From Coriobacteriia bacterium (GTDB lineage Bacteria > Actinomycetota > Coriobacteriia > Anaerosomatales > PHET01), in assembly GCA_034370385.1 (NCBI GenBank), contig JAXMKZ010000004.1, positions 1,238 to 65,237 of the forward strand: 64,000 nucleotides of DNA, given 5' to 3'. Both the position numbers and the translations under genes were made by a program. Below are positions 1 through 8,151 of this stretch, piece by piece. Position 1 is the stretch's first letter. Every line of letters begins with the position of its first letter. A model generated the notes under the pieces. It was not told where the DNA came from. It did no database searches and worked only from the letters and a program-made list of their open reading frames with translations.

Positions 1-62
1 GTGAGCTCGATGCCGATACCGCCACATACCGGGCATCGGGTGAGTTGTTCCTGTTGTGCCAT
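1..62 (-). CDS. 5' end of a small Zn-ribbon protein, possibly an MqsA-like antitoxin (partial, runs off the window)
   Basis: ATG at 62-60 preceded by AGGAGG (74-79). Reads MAQQEQLTRCPVCGGIGIEL. The CPVCGG motif and the position directly downstream of an MqsR-like remnant support the call, but only 20 aa are visible. Confidence 0.3.
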   Translation of the reverse strand, partial: MAQQEQLTRCPVCGGIGIEL

Positions 63-77
63 CGGCCCGCTTGCCTC

Positions 78-235
78 CTAATGCGCCTCGCCGTCGCCGC
101 AGAACGAGAGGACCAGGAAGCCCTCGATCTCTGCGTCGTACGTGAACTTGACGTAGAGACGCCCGTGGCAGGTTACCGGTCGGTACACGCCGCCTTCACC
201 ACGCGCAAGTCGTAGTGCGGCTCGGACTTCTCAAT
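78..235 (-). pseudogene. MqsR-family toxin remnant (internal deletion plus frameshift)
   Basis: Minus-strand frame a reads IEKSEPHYDLRVVKAACTDR then TAA (173-175). An offset frame reads TCHGRLYVKFTYDAEIEGFLVLSFCGDGEAH then TAG (78-80). These resemble the N-terminus (MEKRTPH..L..VK) and C-terminus (G.VYLKIT....LIVSF) of MqsR as recalled. About 45 central residues are missing and there is no ATG/GTG start. Confidence 0.4.
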
Positions 236-259
236 GGACCCGCCTGCAGACAAACTGCT

Positions 260-282
260 CCCCTCTCATCGTGCGAGAGGGG
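260..282 (-). terminator. GC hairpin downstream of the GT4 gene (weak intrinsic terminator candidate)
   Basis: CCCCTCTC (260-267), 7-nt loop, GAGAGGGG (275-282). On the minus strand only a weak T-containing tract follows (AGCAGTTTGTCT). Confidence 0.3.
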
Positions 283-343
283 CTCGCAAAGCGAAATACT
301 ACTTTGGATTGGTTTTCGCGTCAAGCGGTCGTCGCGCTCAGCC

Positions 344-1429
344 CTACCCGCGCACGACCGAGCGATAGACGTCGATCGTCGCCCGGGCGGCGGCGTCCCA
401 GGTGAGCTCGGCGGCGCGCGCGCGTCCGGCGGCGATGAGGCGTTCGCGCAGTTCGTCGTCGGCGAGAACGCGCTCGAGCGCGGTTGCCAGCGCCAGGTCG
501 TCGCCTGCGGGGTGCAGCAGCGCGGCCTCCCCCACGACCTCGGGCAACGATGCCGCGTGGGCCACCACGACGGGTGCGCCCAGCGCCATCGCCTCGAGCG
601 GCGGCAGGCCGAAGCCCTCGTAACGCGAGGGGAAGGCGAACGCGCGGGCGCCGGCGTACAGCGCGCGGAGCTCGGCGTCGGTCACGCGACCGGTGAAGGC
701 GATACGCGAGCGCACTGCAGCCGGCTCGTCCGGCAGCGTCGCGGCGATGAATCCGGGAGCGTCGGCGCCGACGAGCAGAAGCTGCAGTTCCGGATGCGCC
801 GCCTCCAGACGGGCGAACGCGCGCAGGAGCGTCGGCAGGTCTTTGTGCGGCTTGGTCGAGCCCATCGACAACAGGTAGGGCGCGCGGGTCGCCTCAGCGA
901 GCGTGCCGCCAAGGGTCGCCACGGGGCCGGAGGCGAAATCGTCGGCTGAGAGCAGCACGGCGTTCGTCTTGCCTCGAGCAGCCGGCAGCAACCGCTCGAC
1001 ATCGGCGCAGGTGTGAGTGGATGGACACACGATCGCGTCCGCCACTCCAGCAGCCCTCCGGTTGAACGCGCGATAGACCACGCGCCGCCACGGCGATGGC
1101 ATGCTGCCGTCGACGAGGAGTGGCGTCAGATCGTGAAGCGTCACGACCAGTGGATGCCGGGCTGGCAGCGGCGTGGGAAAGTGCAGGCAGTGCGTGACGT
1201 CGGGGGCCACATGCTTGACGATGCGCCCCAGCTCCGCCATTCCTCGCGGCGAGAATGGACCTGCTTCGGCGGCGACCGCATGAAGCCCCGGTGCAGGCGA
1301 GTCCTCTCCCGTCGCCATAACGCACACGAGGTCGAGGTCGTCGCGCAGCGCCAGCGCGCGAACGAGCCCGGTCGAGTAGCGACCGACCCCGGTCCACGTG
1401 GCCATGCGACAGTCGAGCAGGACGCGCAT
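344..1429 (-). CDS. Glycosyltransferase family 4 (GT-B, retaining type)
   Basis: 361-aa ORF with ATG start. N-terminal MRVLLDC..TWTGVGRY and C-terminal FPSRYEGFGLPPLEAMALGAPVV (E-x7-E region) are typical of GT4. Confidence 0.85.
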   Translation of the reverse strand: MRVLLDCRMATWTGVGRYSTGLVRALALRDDLDLVCVMATGEDSPAPGLHAVAAEAGPFSPRGMAELGRIVKHVAPDVTHCLHFPTPLPARHPLVVTLHDLTPLLVDGSMPSPWRRVVYRAFNRRAAGVADAIVCPSTHTCADVERLLPAARGKTNAVLLSADDFASGPVATLGGTLAEATRAPYLLSMGSTKPHKDLPTLLRAFARLEAAHPELQLLLVGADAPGFIAATLPDEPAAVRSRIAFTGRVTDAELRALYAGARAFAFPSRYEGFGLPPLEAMALGAPVVVAHAASLPEVVGEAALLHPAGDDLALATALERVLADDELRERLIAAGRARAAELTWDAAARATIDVYRSVVRG

Positions 1430-1554
1430 CGGGCTCCGAACTCACGATACGGCACATGCAAGCGGCGCTAGATTAGCACTGAGTCGCCGTGTAACCTGCA
1501 CGACAGTATGAACCGCGCGCTGTCGGCGCACCAAGAACGTCTCGAAAGGCCTCG

Positions 1555-2424
1555 ATGACCCTCCAGCCCAGGTTCTCAGTCACCATCCCCGCCTACAACG
1601 CCGTGGAGACACTCGCCGAGACGGTCGCCTCGGTCCAGGCTCAGACCTTCACCGCGTGGGAGCTGGTCATCTGCAACGACGGCTCGACCGACGGCACTCT
1701 CGAGCTTGCGCACGAGCTGGCGCGCACCGACGAGCGTATCCGGGTGGTCTCGCAGGAGAATCGTGGTACGGGAGGTGCGTACAACACCGCGGTCCGCAAC
1801 GCCTCGGCCGACCTGCTCGTGTTGCTCTCAGCGGACGACCTCCTCCTGCCCGACCACCTCGCTGCCTACGCTGCGGCCACCGCCGACCATCCTGAGGCCG
1901 GCGTCTTCTCCTCCGGCGGCTACTTCGAGTACGAGGACGGCACACGCGTGGAATCTCGCTCGAACACGCGATGGAAGGACCCCTCGGGCTGCACAATCGA
2001 AGAGCTGCTGCGCGAGTGCTTCTACGGCATCGGCGCGACGTATCGGCGAGGAGTCTGGGAGGCACAGGGCGGCTTCCAAGAGGGCATCTATGCCGAGGAT
2101 TACCCGTTCTGGCTGTTCGGCATGGCGCACGGCTACGCCCACCACTACCTCGACCAACCGCTCTCGGTCCACCGTCGCAACTCTGTGCAGAAGTCGGCCG
2201 ACGCGATTCGCATGCGCGAGGCCGACCTCATCGCCGTCGAGCGCCTCGTCGCGTCGGGGCTGCTCGAAGGCGCGGACCTGGCGGCTGCGCGACGCGCGGT
2301 AACCCGCTTCAAGCGAGTGATTCGCGCGCGCAAGGTGCTCAACGCTACACTCGGCGCGGACAGGTCCACGCGGTTGATCGACCGGCTGCGAGGGCGCAAG
2401 CCGGTGAGCTCGCGCCGAGACTAG
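1555..2424 (+). CDS. Glycosyltransferase family 2
   Basis: 289 aa. FSVTIPAYNAVETLAETVASVQAQTFTAWELVICNDGSTDGT and a downstream SADD acidic motif are typical of the GT2 N-terminal domain. Confidence 0.85.
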   Translation: MTLQPRFSVTIPAYNAVETLAETVASVQAQTFTAWELVICNDGSTDGTLELAHELARTDERIRVVSQENRGTGGAYNTAVRNASADLLVLLSADDLLLPDHLAAYAAATADHPEAGVFSSGGYFEYEDGTRVESRSNTRWKDPSGCTIEELLRECFYGIGATYRRGVWEAQGGFQEGIYAEDYPFWLFGMAHGYAHHYLDQPLSVHRRNSVQKSADAIRMREADLIAVERLVASGLLEGADLAAARRAVTRFKRVIRARKVLNATLGADRSTRLIDRLRGRKPVSSRRD

Positions 2425-2510
2425 GCAGCAGGGCAACCCCCCGCTACCGCTTCTGGCCGCCCGCGCAGTATCCTGTATCCGCTTCAGCCCCGACTTGAGA
2501 GGCACCACAC

Positions 2511-3566
2511 ATGCCCGGACTGTTCGAAGGCAAGCGCATTCTCGTCACCGGAGGCACCGGATCACTCGGCCAGGTGCTGACACGTCGGCTCATGTCCGGC
2601 GCTGAGGGAACGCCCGAGAGCGTGACGGTGTTCTCCCGCGACGAGGCCAAGCAGCACTACATGCGCCTCGAGTTCATGCACAAGCACGCGGCCACCGACG
2701 AAGTCATCTTCGAGAACGCCAAGCAGCGGCTGCGGTTCATGATCGGTGATGTGCGCGACTACGCCAGCGTGGTGCGCGCCGCCCGGGATGCGGACATCGT
2801 CTTCGCCGCCGCGGCACTCAAGCAGGTGCCGTCGTGCGAGTACTTCCCGTGGGAAGCCGTCCGTACCAACATCGAGGGTGCGGAAAACCTCGTGCGCGCT
2901 ATCTCGGAGTTCGACCTTCCCATCGAGACCGTCATGGGCATCACCACCGACAAGGCGTGCAAGCCCGTCAACGTCATGGGCATGACCAAGGCGATTCAGG
3001 AGCGCGTCTACATCAACGGCAACGTCCGCGCCCCCAAGACCCGCTTCATCTGCGCTCGCTACGGCAACGTCTTGGCCTCGCGGGGCTCGGTTGTGCCGCT
3101 GTTCCTCGACCAGATCGCAGCTGGCGGGCCCGTCACCATCACGACGGCGGACATGACGCGGTTCCTACTGACACTCGAGGACGCCGTCGACACCATCTTC
3201 GCGGCCGTCCGCTCGGCGGCCCCGGGCGAGACCTACATCCCCCAGTGCCCCAGCGCGAAGATGACCGACCTGGCGTCATACCTGATCGGCGACCGCGACA
3301 TCGAGATGGTGATCACGGGAATCCGCCCTGGCGAGAAGATCCACGAGATCCTGCTCTCCGAGGAAGAGGCCACGCGCACAATCGCCGGCCACGAGGGCTA
3401 CTTCGCACTGCGCCCGATGCTGCCCGAGCTTGCCGGTCCGGTGGACGAGCCTGCGCTCTCGGGCGACTACAGCTCCGAGCACGCGCTGATGGCGCCGCAG
3501 GAGTTGGCCGTCTTCCTCGAGGAGCGCATCCCGGACGTCATCGGCGCAGGCTACCTGGAGGCGTAG
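2511..3566 (+). CDS. UDP-N-acetylglucosamine 4,6-dehydratase/5(3)-epimerase, CapE/FnlA/WbjB/WbvB type (CapD-like SDR)
   Basis: 351 aa. KRILVTGGTGSLG Rossmann motif. MGMTKA gives MxxxK in place of YxxxK, the variant I recall for the CapE/FnlA class. GAGAGG lies upstream of the ATG. Confidence 0.8.
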   Translation: MPGLFEGKRILVTGGTGSLGQVLTRRLMSGAEGTPESVTVFSRDEAKQHYMRLEFMHKHAATDEVIFENAKQRLRFMIGDVRDYASVVRAARDADIVFAAAALKQVPSCEYFPWEAVRTNIEGAENLVRAISEFDLPIETVMGITTDKACKPVNVMGMTKAIQERVYINGNVRAPKTRFICARYGNVLASRGSVVPLFLDQIAAGGPVTITTADMTRFLLTLEDAVDTIFAAVRSAAPGETYIPQCPSAKMTDLASYLIGDRDIEMVITGIRPGEKIHEILLSEEEATRTIAGHEGYFALRPMLPELAGPVDEPALSGDYSSEHALMAPQELAVFLEERIPDVIGAGYLEA

Positions 3567-3574
3567 ACCCCAGC

Positions 3575-4405
3575 TCACGCGCCGCTCATCAGCGCCTCAC
3601 CGACGGCCTCCGGCGTCACGAGCTCCACGTCGCCCGCGCGCTGCACAAAGCGCTCTACATCGCGACGCACCTCTCGCCAATCAGCGTCCTCGGACAGCCT
3701 CTTCCACGCCAAGGACCGCCAGTTGGCTTCGGTCACAACCGGCCCAGCCCATCCACTCTGACGTACCGAGGCCTGCAGATAGGCCAGATTGGGCGAGGGC
3801 CACTCGGTGTTGGTTGCGTACCAGACCAGATCATAGACATCGCGTCCCTTGACCCACTCCCGGGTCAGCACCGCCGCTACCTTCCCCGCGAGCAGAGTCG
3901 CCCTGTCGTGGTGCGAGACGCGCACCGGGGGGCCGTAATCCCTGGGCACACGAGTGGTTGTCAGCACGGCGCCCGCGGGTGGCTTCGTGTCCACTTCGAG
4001 CTTGATGAGCATTGTCTCGTCCGGAAGCGGCGATACGCCCATCTCATGCAGGATTCCCTTGAACCTCACGAATCCCTTTTCAACCACCGTCGTGGTCTTG
4101 ACCGCCACCTCAACGTCGTACGCCTCCTGCCGCAAGTCATGCGCGATCGAGGTGCCAAGCGTCGAGAAATCAAAGGCCCCATCGGCCGGCTCGTATGAGA
4201 AGTCAAGATCCTCAGAGAAGCGCGGCGTCTGATACAGCAACCGCAGCGCCGTACCCCCGTGAAACGCCAGGTAGGAGTGGGCACCGGCATGCTGCATGGC
4301 CTCAAGAAGCCGCACCTGCAAGAACTCGCGCACCACATGCCGGGGTGCCACGCCCGGCGAGCGAGACAGCACGAACCGCAGCGAATCCTTCACAGGGTCA
4401 CCCAC
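3575..4405 (-). CDS. Nucleotidyltransferase AbiEii/AbiGii-family toxin (type IV TA)
   Basis: 276 aa. FHGGTALRLLYQTPRFSEDLDFS is the characteristic AbiEii (DUF1814) motif. An alternative GTG start at 4393 gives a GTGA overlap with the upstream AbiEi stop. Confidence 0.85.
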   Translation of the reverse strand: MGDPVKDSLRFVLSRSPGVAPRHVVREFLQVRLLEAMQHAGAHSYLAFHGGTALRLLYQTPRFSEDLDFSYEPADGAFDFSTLGTSIAHDLRQEAYDVEVAVKTTTVVEKGFVRFKGILHEMGVSPLPDETMLIKLEVDTKPPAGAVLTTTRVPRDYGPPVRVSHHDRATLLAGKVAAVLTREWVKGRDVYDLVWYATNTEWPSPNLAYLQASVRQSGWAGPVVTEANWRSLAWKRLSEDADWREVRRDVERFVQRAGDVELVTPEAVGEALMSGA

Positions 4406-5031
4406 CCATCCGCGTCATCGCGTGCCATGTCTCGAATCGTACCGACTGCCCTGATCACCTTGGGGACAGCGAACCGTTCAGTCATCCGCTCCAGCAGCTC
4501 AGCGTCGAGCCGGTCCATGTTCTGCAAGCGCAGCTGTCGCAGGTAGGCCGGTGAATCGGACCCTGGGCTGAGGTAGAGCAGATCCAACAGGGCTCGCTCG
4601 GGTGTAGCCAGGTACGCGCGACGTCCGGGCGCGATCTCGCGCTCCTCGAATCCCCAGAACCGCGTCGGTCCGACGTGATGGTAGACGTACGTTCCCATTG
4701 GCGTTCGATGAGTTCCCGTACGGCCGGTCGTCACCGCAGTCACACCAAAGGGAACGTCAGGAATCATCTCGTAGATATGCAGGGCAGATTCCATGCTCAC
4801 GAACGAGGGTCTCACCAGTCGATTGGACACCTCGAACGGGTCGGGAGGTCGTACACGGTGAGGAGCGGGCACGACATACAATCCCCGCCTGAGCTTGATC
4901 AGCTTCTCGGAGCGTACCCACCGTGACAGCTGGCGCTGAAGCGCCTGTGGGTCTCGCACCCCCGCCAGCAACAGCTCCGTCTCGAACAGGGAGTCGCCAC
5001 CGATGATTTCGAGAAGCTGATGGTACTTCAT
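4390..5031 (-). CDS. AbiEi-family antitoxin/transcriptional regulator (type IV TA)
   Basis: MKYHQLLEIIGGDSLFETELLLAG... gives an N-terminal wHTH plus a C-terminal AbiEi domain. It lies immediately upstream of and overlaps AbiEii. The start is uncertain: ATG 5031 is preferred, and the longest ORF reaches 5094. Confidence 0.75.
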   Translation of the reverse strand: MKYHQLLEIIGGDSLFETELLLAGVRDPQALQRQLSRWVRSEKLIKLRRGLYVVPAPHRVRPPDPFEVSNRLVRPSFVSMESALHIYEMIPDVPFGVTAVTTGRTGTHRTPMGTYVYHHVGPTRFWGFEEREIAPGRRAYLATPERALLDLLYLSPGSDSPAYLRQLRLQNMDRLDAELLERMTERFAVPKVIRAVGTIRDMARDDADGWVTL

Positions 5032-5060
5032 GGCGACAATGTAACATATCTGCCTCATTG

Positions 5061-5131
5061 GCGCTATGTGCTCGGAGGCCGCCGAGTTTCGCATCTACTT
5101 GCCGCTATGGCATGTCAAGTTTACATAGCGG
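5061..5131 (-). promoter_or_regulatory. Candidate AbiEi operator repeats in a lower-GC promoter region
   Basis: CCGCTATG (5102-5109) and CATAGCGG (5124-5131) form an inverted repeat. A further GCGCTATG copy lies at 5061-5068. AbiEi antitoxins are known to autoregulate via repeats in their promoter. Confidence 0.35.
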
Positions 5132-5159
5132 TCCGCATCCGCCGCCGAATACCGTCGCG

Positions 5160-5687
5160 CTATGCGAACAACACGCGCAGCTCGTCCTCGGTGCCCGCGT
5201 CGGCTCGCAGCGAGCCAACGGCCAGGTTGACGCGCATGCTGGTCGCGGCGAGATCCATGAGCTCAGCGTCGATCTGATACTGCTTCTCCCGAGACAGCCA
5301 GTCCAACACGACCGCCAAGTGCCACAGGGACTGTTTGCCTTGATGAATCGGAACGGGAACCGGACCCGCGCACGAAAGCATCAGCTGCCGGATGTTCTGC
5401 CGCGAACAGCCCACCACGTCGGCGATATCCGTGACGCCAACGATGTCTGGCGCGACTTCTATGAGCGCTGATCCCGGAATCGCGGTCACCACATCAGACA
5501 CGGCGCTCATAACGGCGCCGTGTGCCGAAACAGACTCGCGAGTGAAGTCGAGCGCAACACTTCCGGGACAGCCGATACCGACGAGCGCGTCGTCGCACCC
5601 GCCTCCATACAGACGGTCTGCGACATCGTCCGGATCGGTCTCATTGGACGGCAGTGCGAAGCGCAGAGTGAACTCGTACTTGGTCAT
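5160..5687 (-). CDS. DNA-binding antitoxin-like protein (N-terminal alpha/beta domain plus HTH)
   Basis: 175 aa. MTKYEFTLRFALP...GCDDALVGIGCPG...LDFTRE followed by VGVTDIADVVGCSRQNIRQL (HTH). ATGA overlap with the upstream small gene. Confidence 0.6.
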   Translation of the reverse strand: MTKYEFTLRFALPSNETDPDDVADRLYGGGCDDALVGIGCPGSVALDFTRESVSAHGAVMSAVSDVVTAIPGSALIEVAPDIVGVTDIADVVGCSRQNIRQLMLSCAGPVPVPIHQGKQSLWHLAVVLDWLSREKQYQIDAELMDLAATSMRVNLAVGSLRADAGTEDELRVLFA

Positions 5688-5956
5688 TCGATGTCCCCTT
5701 GATCATCGTCTGCCGGAGCCGCGCAGCCATCCACCTTGCGCCGAATCTGGCGTGCGTGGTCCTCGGGTACTCGCGGCGTCGATGCGATGCTCGTGACGCA
5801 GTGTTGTCCGCAGCGGCACGCGGGATTGTCGTGGGGACAATACAGTCTGCCCCATGCATGGGAACTACGACCCGCCTGTTCGACGCGCCAGCCTTTGGAC
5901 TCGGCGTACCGCAGGGCTTCTTCAATCGGCTTCTTGGGATGCCTGTTGCGCAGCAA
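5684..5956 (-). CDS. Small HicA-like putative toxin with Cys-rich C-terminal part
   Basis: 90 aa, TTG start with GAAAGG upstream. KKPIEEALRYAESKGWRVEQAGRSSHAWGRLYCP resembles the HicA/YcfA dsRBD-like core (G-S-H region). The toxin-first order and 4-nt overlap with the HTH partner match hicAB architecture. The assignment is from memory of the family only. Confidence 0.45.
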   Translation of the reverse strand: MLRNRHPKKPIEEALRYAESKGWRVEQAGRSSHAWGRLYCPHDNPACRCGQHCVTSIASTPRVPEDHARQIRRKVDGCAAPADDDQGDIE

Positions 5957-6151
5957 ACCGGACTACCTTTCGACATCGATCGTATGCTGGTCGTACGAGA
6001 TTGTCAATCGACAACTTCTGCCTTCCACGGACAGAGCCCTCCTCCATCGGTGTTGCACCCAGCCCGATCGGGATCGCTGTTCGACGGACGCATGCATTCA
6101 CCAGCGTGCCCCCGCCCTCTTTCCGGAATCCAACCGCTGGCGCCCCAGCGG

Positions 6152-6157
6152 TATACT
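6152..6157 (+). promoter_or_regulatory. Candidate -10 box (TATACT) re-starting transcription of the 2-epimerase/reductase/GT4/FkbM genes
   Basis: TATACT lies 35 nt upstream of ATG 6193, immediately after the inverted repeat CCGCTGG-CGCC-CCAGCGG (6135-6152). There is no good -35 box. Confidence 0.3.
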
Positions 6158-6192
6158 GAGCGGCAGCACTTACCCGTTGGCTTGGAGCCCTG

Positions 6193-7269
6193 ATGACCAA
6201 GGTCCTCACCCTGCTGGGCACGCGCCCGGAGATCATCCGCCTGTCGCGCGTCATCGACGTGCTGGACCAGTCGTGCGAACACGTGCTCGCGCACACGGGC
6301 CAGAACTACGACGACCGCCTCTCCGGCATGTTCTTCCGCGAGATGGCCGTGCGCGAGCCCGACGTCTACATGGGCGTGCGCGGCAGTAGCTTCGCCGATC
6401 AGATCGGTCAGATGCTCGCGCGTGCCGAGGAACTGTTCACCGCCGAGAAGCCCGACTCTGTGCTGATCTTAGGCGACACGAACACCGGGCTCGCCGCTTT
6501 CGTCGCCAAGCGCATGGGTATCCGCGTGTGTCACATGGAAGCAGGCAACCGCTGCTTCGACGACCGCGTGCCCGAAGAGGTCAACCGTCGCGTCATCGAC
6601 CACTCCTCCAGCGTGCTCATGCCGTACACGTACCGCAGCGCCGAGAACCTCGTGCGCGAGGGCATCGAGCGCCAGCGCATCTACGTGACCGGAAACCCCA
6701 TCAAGGAGGTGCTCGACTTCTACGCTCCCCAGGTCGACGCCGCCGATCCATTCACGGAGTTCGGCGTCGAGCCCGGCAAGTACTTCCTGGTCACCGCGCA
6801 CCGTGCGGAGATGACTGACGATCCCGCGCGGCTCGCCTCGCTCGTGGCCGCTCTCAACGGCGCGGTCGAGAAGTACGGCATGCCGGCGGTAGCCTCACTC
6901 CACCCACGCACCGCAGACAAGATGGCCGCGTTCGGTGTGGCCGAGGGCGCCGTCAAGTTCGTCCCGCCGATGGGGTTGTTCGACTTCGTGCGCCTCGAGA
7001 AGGAGGCGTTCTGCGTGCTGTCCGACAGCGGCACCGTGCAGGAGGAGTGCTGCATCTTCGGTGTCCCCACCGTCACCATGCGTGACGTGACCGAGCGCCC
7101 CGAGACCATCGAGTGCGGCAGCAACCTGCTCGCCGGCGTCGAGGCTGAGCGGATTCTGCCCGCGATAGACCTCGCGGTGCGCTCCCGCGGCACGTGGACC
7201 CCGCCGGCCGAGTACCTCGCGAACAACGTCTCCGACATCGTCGCACGCATCGTGCTGGGCATCGCGTGA
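6193..7269 (+). CDS. UDP-N-acetylglucosamine 2-epimerase (non-hydrolysing; WecB/FnlC/WbvD type)
   Basis: 358 aa. MTKVLTLLGTRPEIIRLSRVI...HTGQNYD...LILGDTN...HMEAGNRCFD...PEE.NR are hallmark epimerase_2 motifs. Confidence 0.9.
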   Translation: MTKVLTLLGTRPEIIRLSRVIDVLDQSCEHVLAHTGQNYDDRLSGMFFREMAVREPDVYMGVRGSSFADQIGQMLARAEELFTAEKPDSVLILGDTNTGLAAFVAKRMGIRVCHMEAGNRCFDDRVPEEVNRRVIDHSSSVLMPYTYRSAENLVREGIERQRIYVTGNPIKEVLDFYAPQVDAADPFTEFGVEPGKYFLVTAHRAEMTDDPARLASLVAALNGAVEKYGMPAVASLHPRTADKMAAFGVAEGAVKFVPPMGLFDFVRLEKEAFCVLSDSGTVQEECCIFGVPTVTMRDVTERPETIECGSNLLAGVEAERILPAIDLAVRSRGTWTPPAEYLANNVSDIVARIVLGIA

Positions 7270-8141
7270 GCGGGAGTCCCCGCATCCTCGTCGTAGGCGC
7301 GAGCGGCATGCTCGGCCACGAGGCGATCCGCGTTCTGGCACCGGACTTCGAAGTGTGGGGGGCGTGCCGGAACCCCGGCGCGCTGCCTGACCTCGGCATC
7401 CCCACCGAGCGCCTCCTCGCTGACCTCGACGCGACCGACCGGGCCTGTCCTGCGCGACTGGTGGAGACAGTGCGCCCCGACCTCGTGCTCAACGCCGTCG
7501 GCATCGTGAAGCAGCGTGGGGACGCAAAGGCGGCCGTGCCCTCGATCGAAGTGAACAGCTTGTGGCCGCACCTCCTCGCCGAAGCATGCGAGAAGCGCGG
7601 CGCACGCATGGTGCACGTGAGTACCGACTGCGTGTTCGCCGGCACCCGCGGAGGCTACACCGAGGCCGACGTGCCCGACGCGTTCGACCTGTATGGTCGC
7701 TCAAAGCTCCTGGGCGAAGTCACTGACCGCGACAACACCGTCACGCTCCGGACGTCGATCATCGGCTGGCAGCCGGGTGAGCCGACCGGGCTCGTCGGCT
7801 GGTTCGCAGCCCATCGCGACGAGCAGCTCAGGGGTTTCACCCGTGCCGTCTTCAGTGGGCTCACCACTGCAGCGCTCACCCGCGTCATCCGCGATATCGT
7901 CATGCCCGACGCCTCACTGAGCGGGCTGTGGCACGTCTCAGCTGAGCCGATCGACAAGTACTCGCTTCTGACGAAGCTGGCTGGGAAGCTCGGCTGGTCG
8001 GTGGAGATCGCGCCGTCCGAGGAGTTGGTGATCGACCGCTCGCTCGACAGCACCCGCTTCCGCGAGCGAACCGGCTGGACGCCACCGAGCTGGGACGAGA
8101 TGCTCGAGGATCTGGCAGCCGAGTACACGCTGTACGGGTAG
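7266..8141 (+). CDS. RmlD-like (dTDP-4-dehydrorhamnose reductase family) SDR; candidate UDP-4-keto-6-deoxy-L-HexNAc 4-reductase
   Basis: GTG 7266 overlaps the upstream TGA (GTGA). ILVVGASGMLG...HVSTDCVF...YGRSKLLGE carries YxxxK. The length of about 291 aa fits RmlD/WbvR better than the FnlB/Cap5F size. Confidence 0.75.
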   Translation: MSGSPRILVVGASGMLGHEAIRVLAPDFEVWGACRNPGALPDLGIPTERLLADLDATDRACPARLVETVRPDLVLNAVGIVKQRGDAKAAVPSIEVNSLWPHLLAEACEKRGARMVHVSTDCVFAGTRGGYTEADVPDAFDLYGRSKLLGEVTDRDNTVTLRTSIIGWQPGEPTGLVGWFAAHRDEQLRGFTRAVFSGLTTAALTRVIRDIVMPDASLSGLWHVSAEPIDKYSLLTKLAGKLGWSVEIAPSEELVIDRSLDSTRFRERTGWTPPSWDEMLEDLAAEYTLYG

Positions 8142-8151
8142 GCGATCCGCC

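Noticed and set aside
2834-4198. 454-aa plus-strand ORF overlapping the dehydratase and AbiEii genes
   Set aside because: The composition is Arg/Pro/His/Gly-rich and it has no domain motifs. It overlaps two ORFs with strong family signatures in other frames, so it is an artefact of high GC.
5641-5976. Alternative 111-aa frame (MSKGSPVCCATG...) over the HicA-like gene
   Set aside because: The sequence is Arg/Ala/Thr-rich and non-globular. The 90-aa frame gives a protein-like sequence with a 4-nt coupled overlap to the HTH partner.
3566-6193. Mobile-element boundaries (integrase, transposase, inverted or direct terminal repeats) for the two TA islands (also 29897-32457)
   Set aside because: No recombinase ORF and no convincing flanking repeats were found by eye. 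The regions are therefore described as islands only by gene content and strand/GC discontinuity, not annotated as mobile elements.
7266-8141. Calling the reductase FnlB/Cap5F (UDP-L-FucNAc pathway)
   Set aside because: Its length (about 291 aa) and motifs fit the RmlD family rather than the larger FnlB/Cap5F type. It is left as an RmlD-like 4-reductase with the product undecided.
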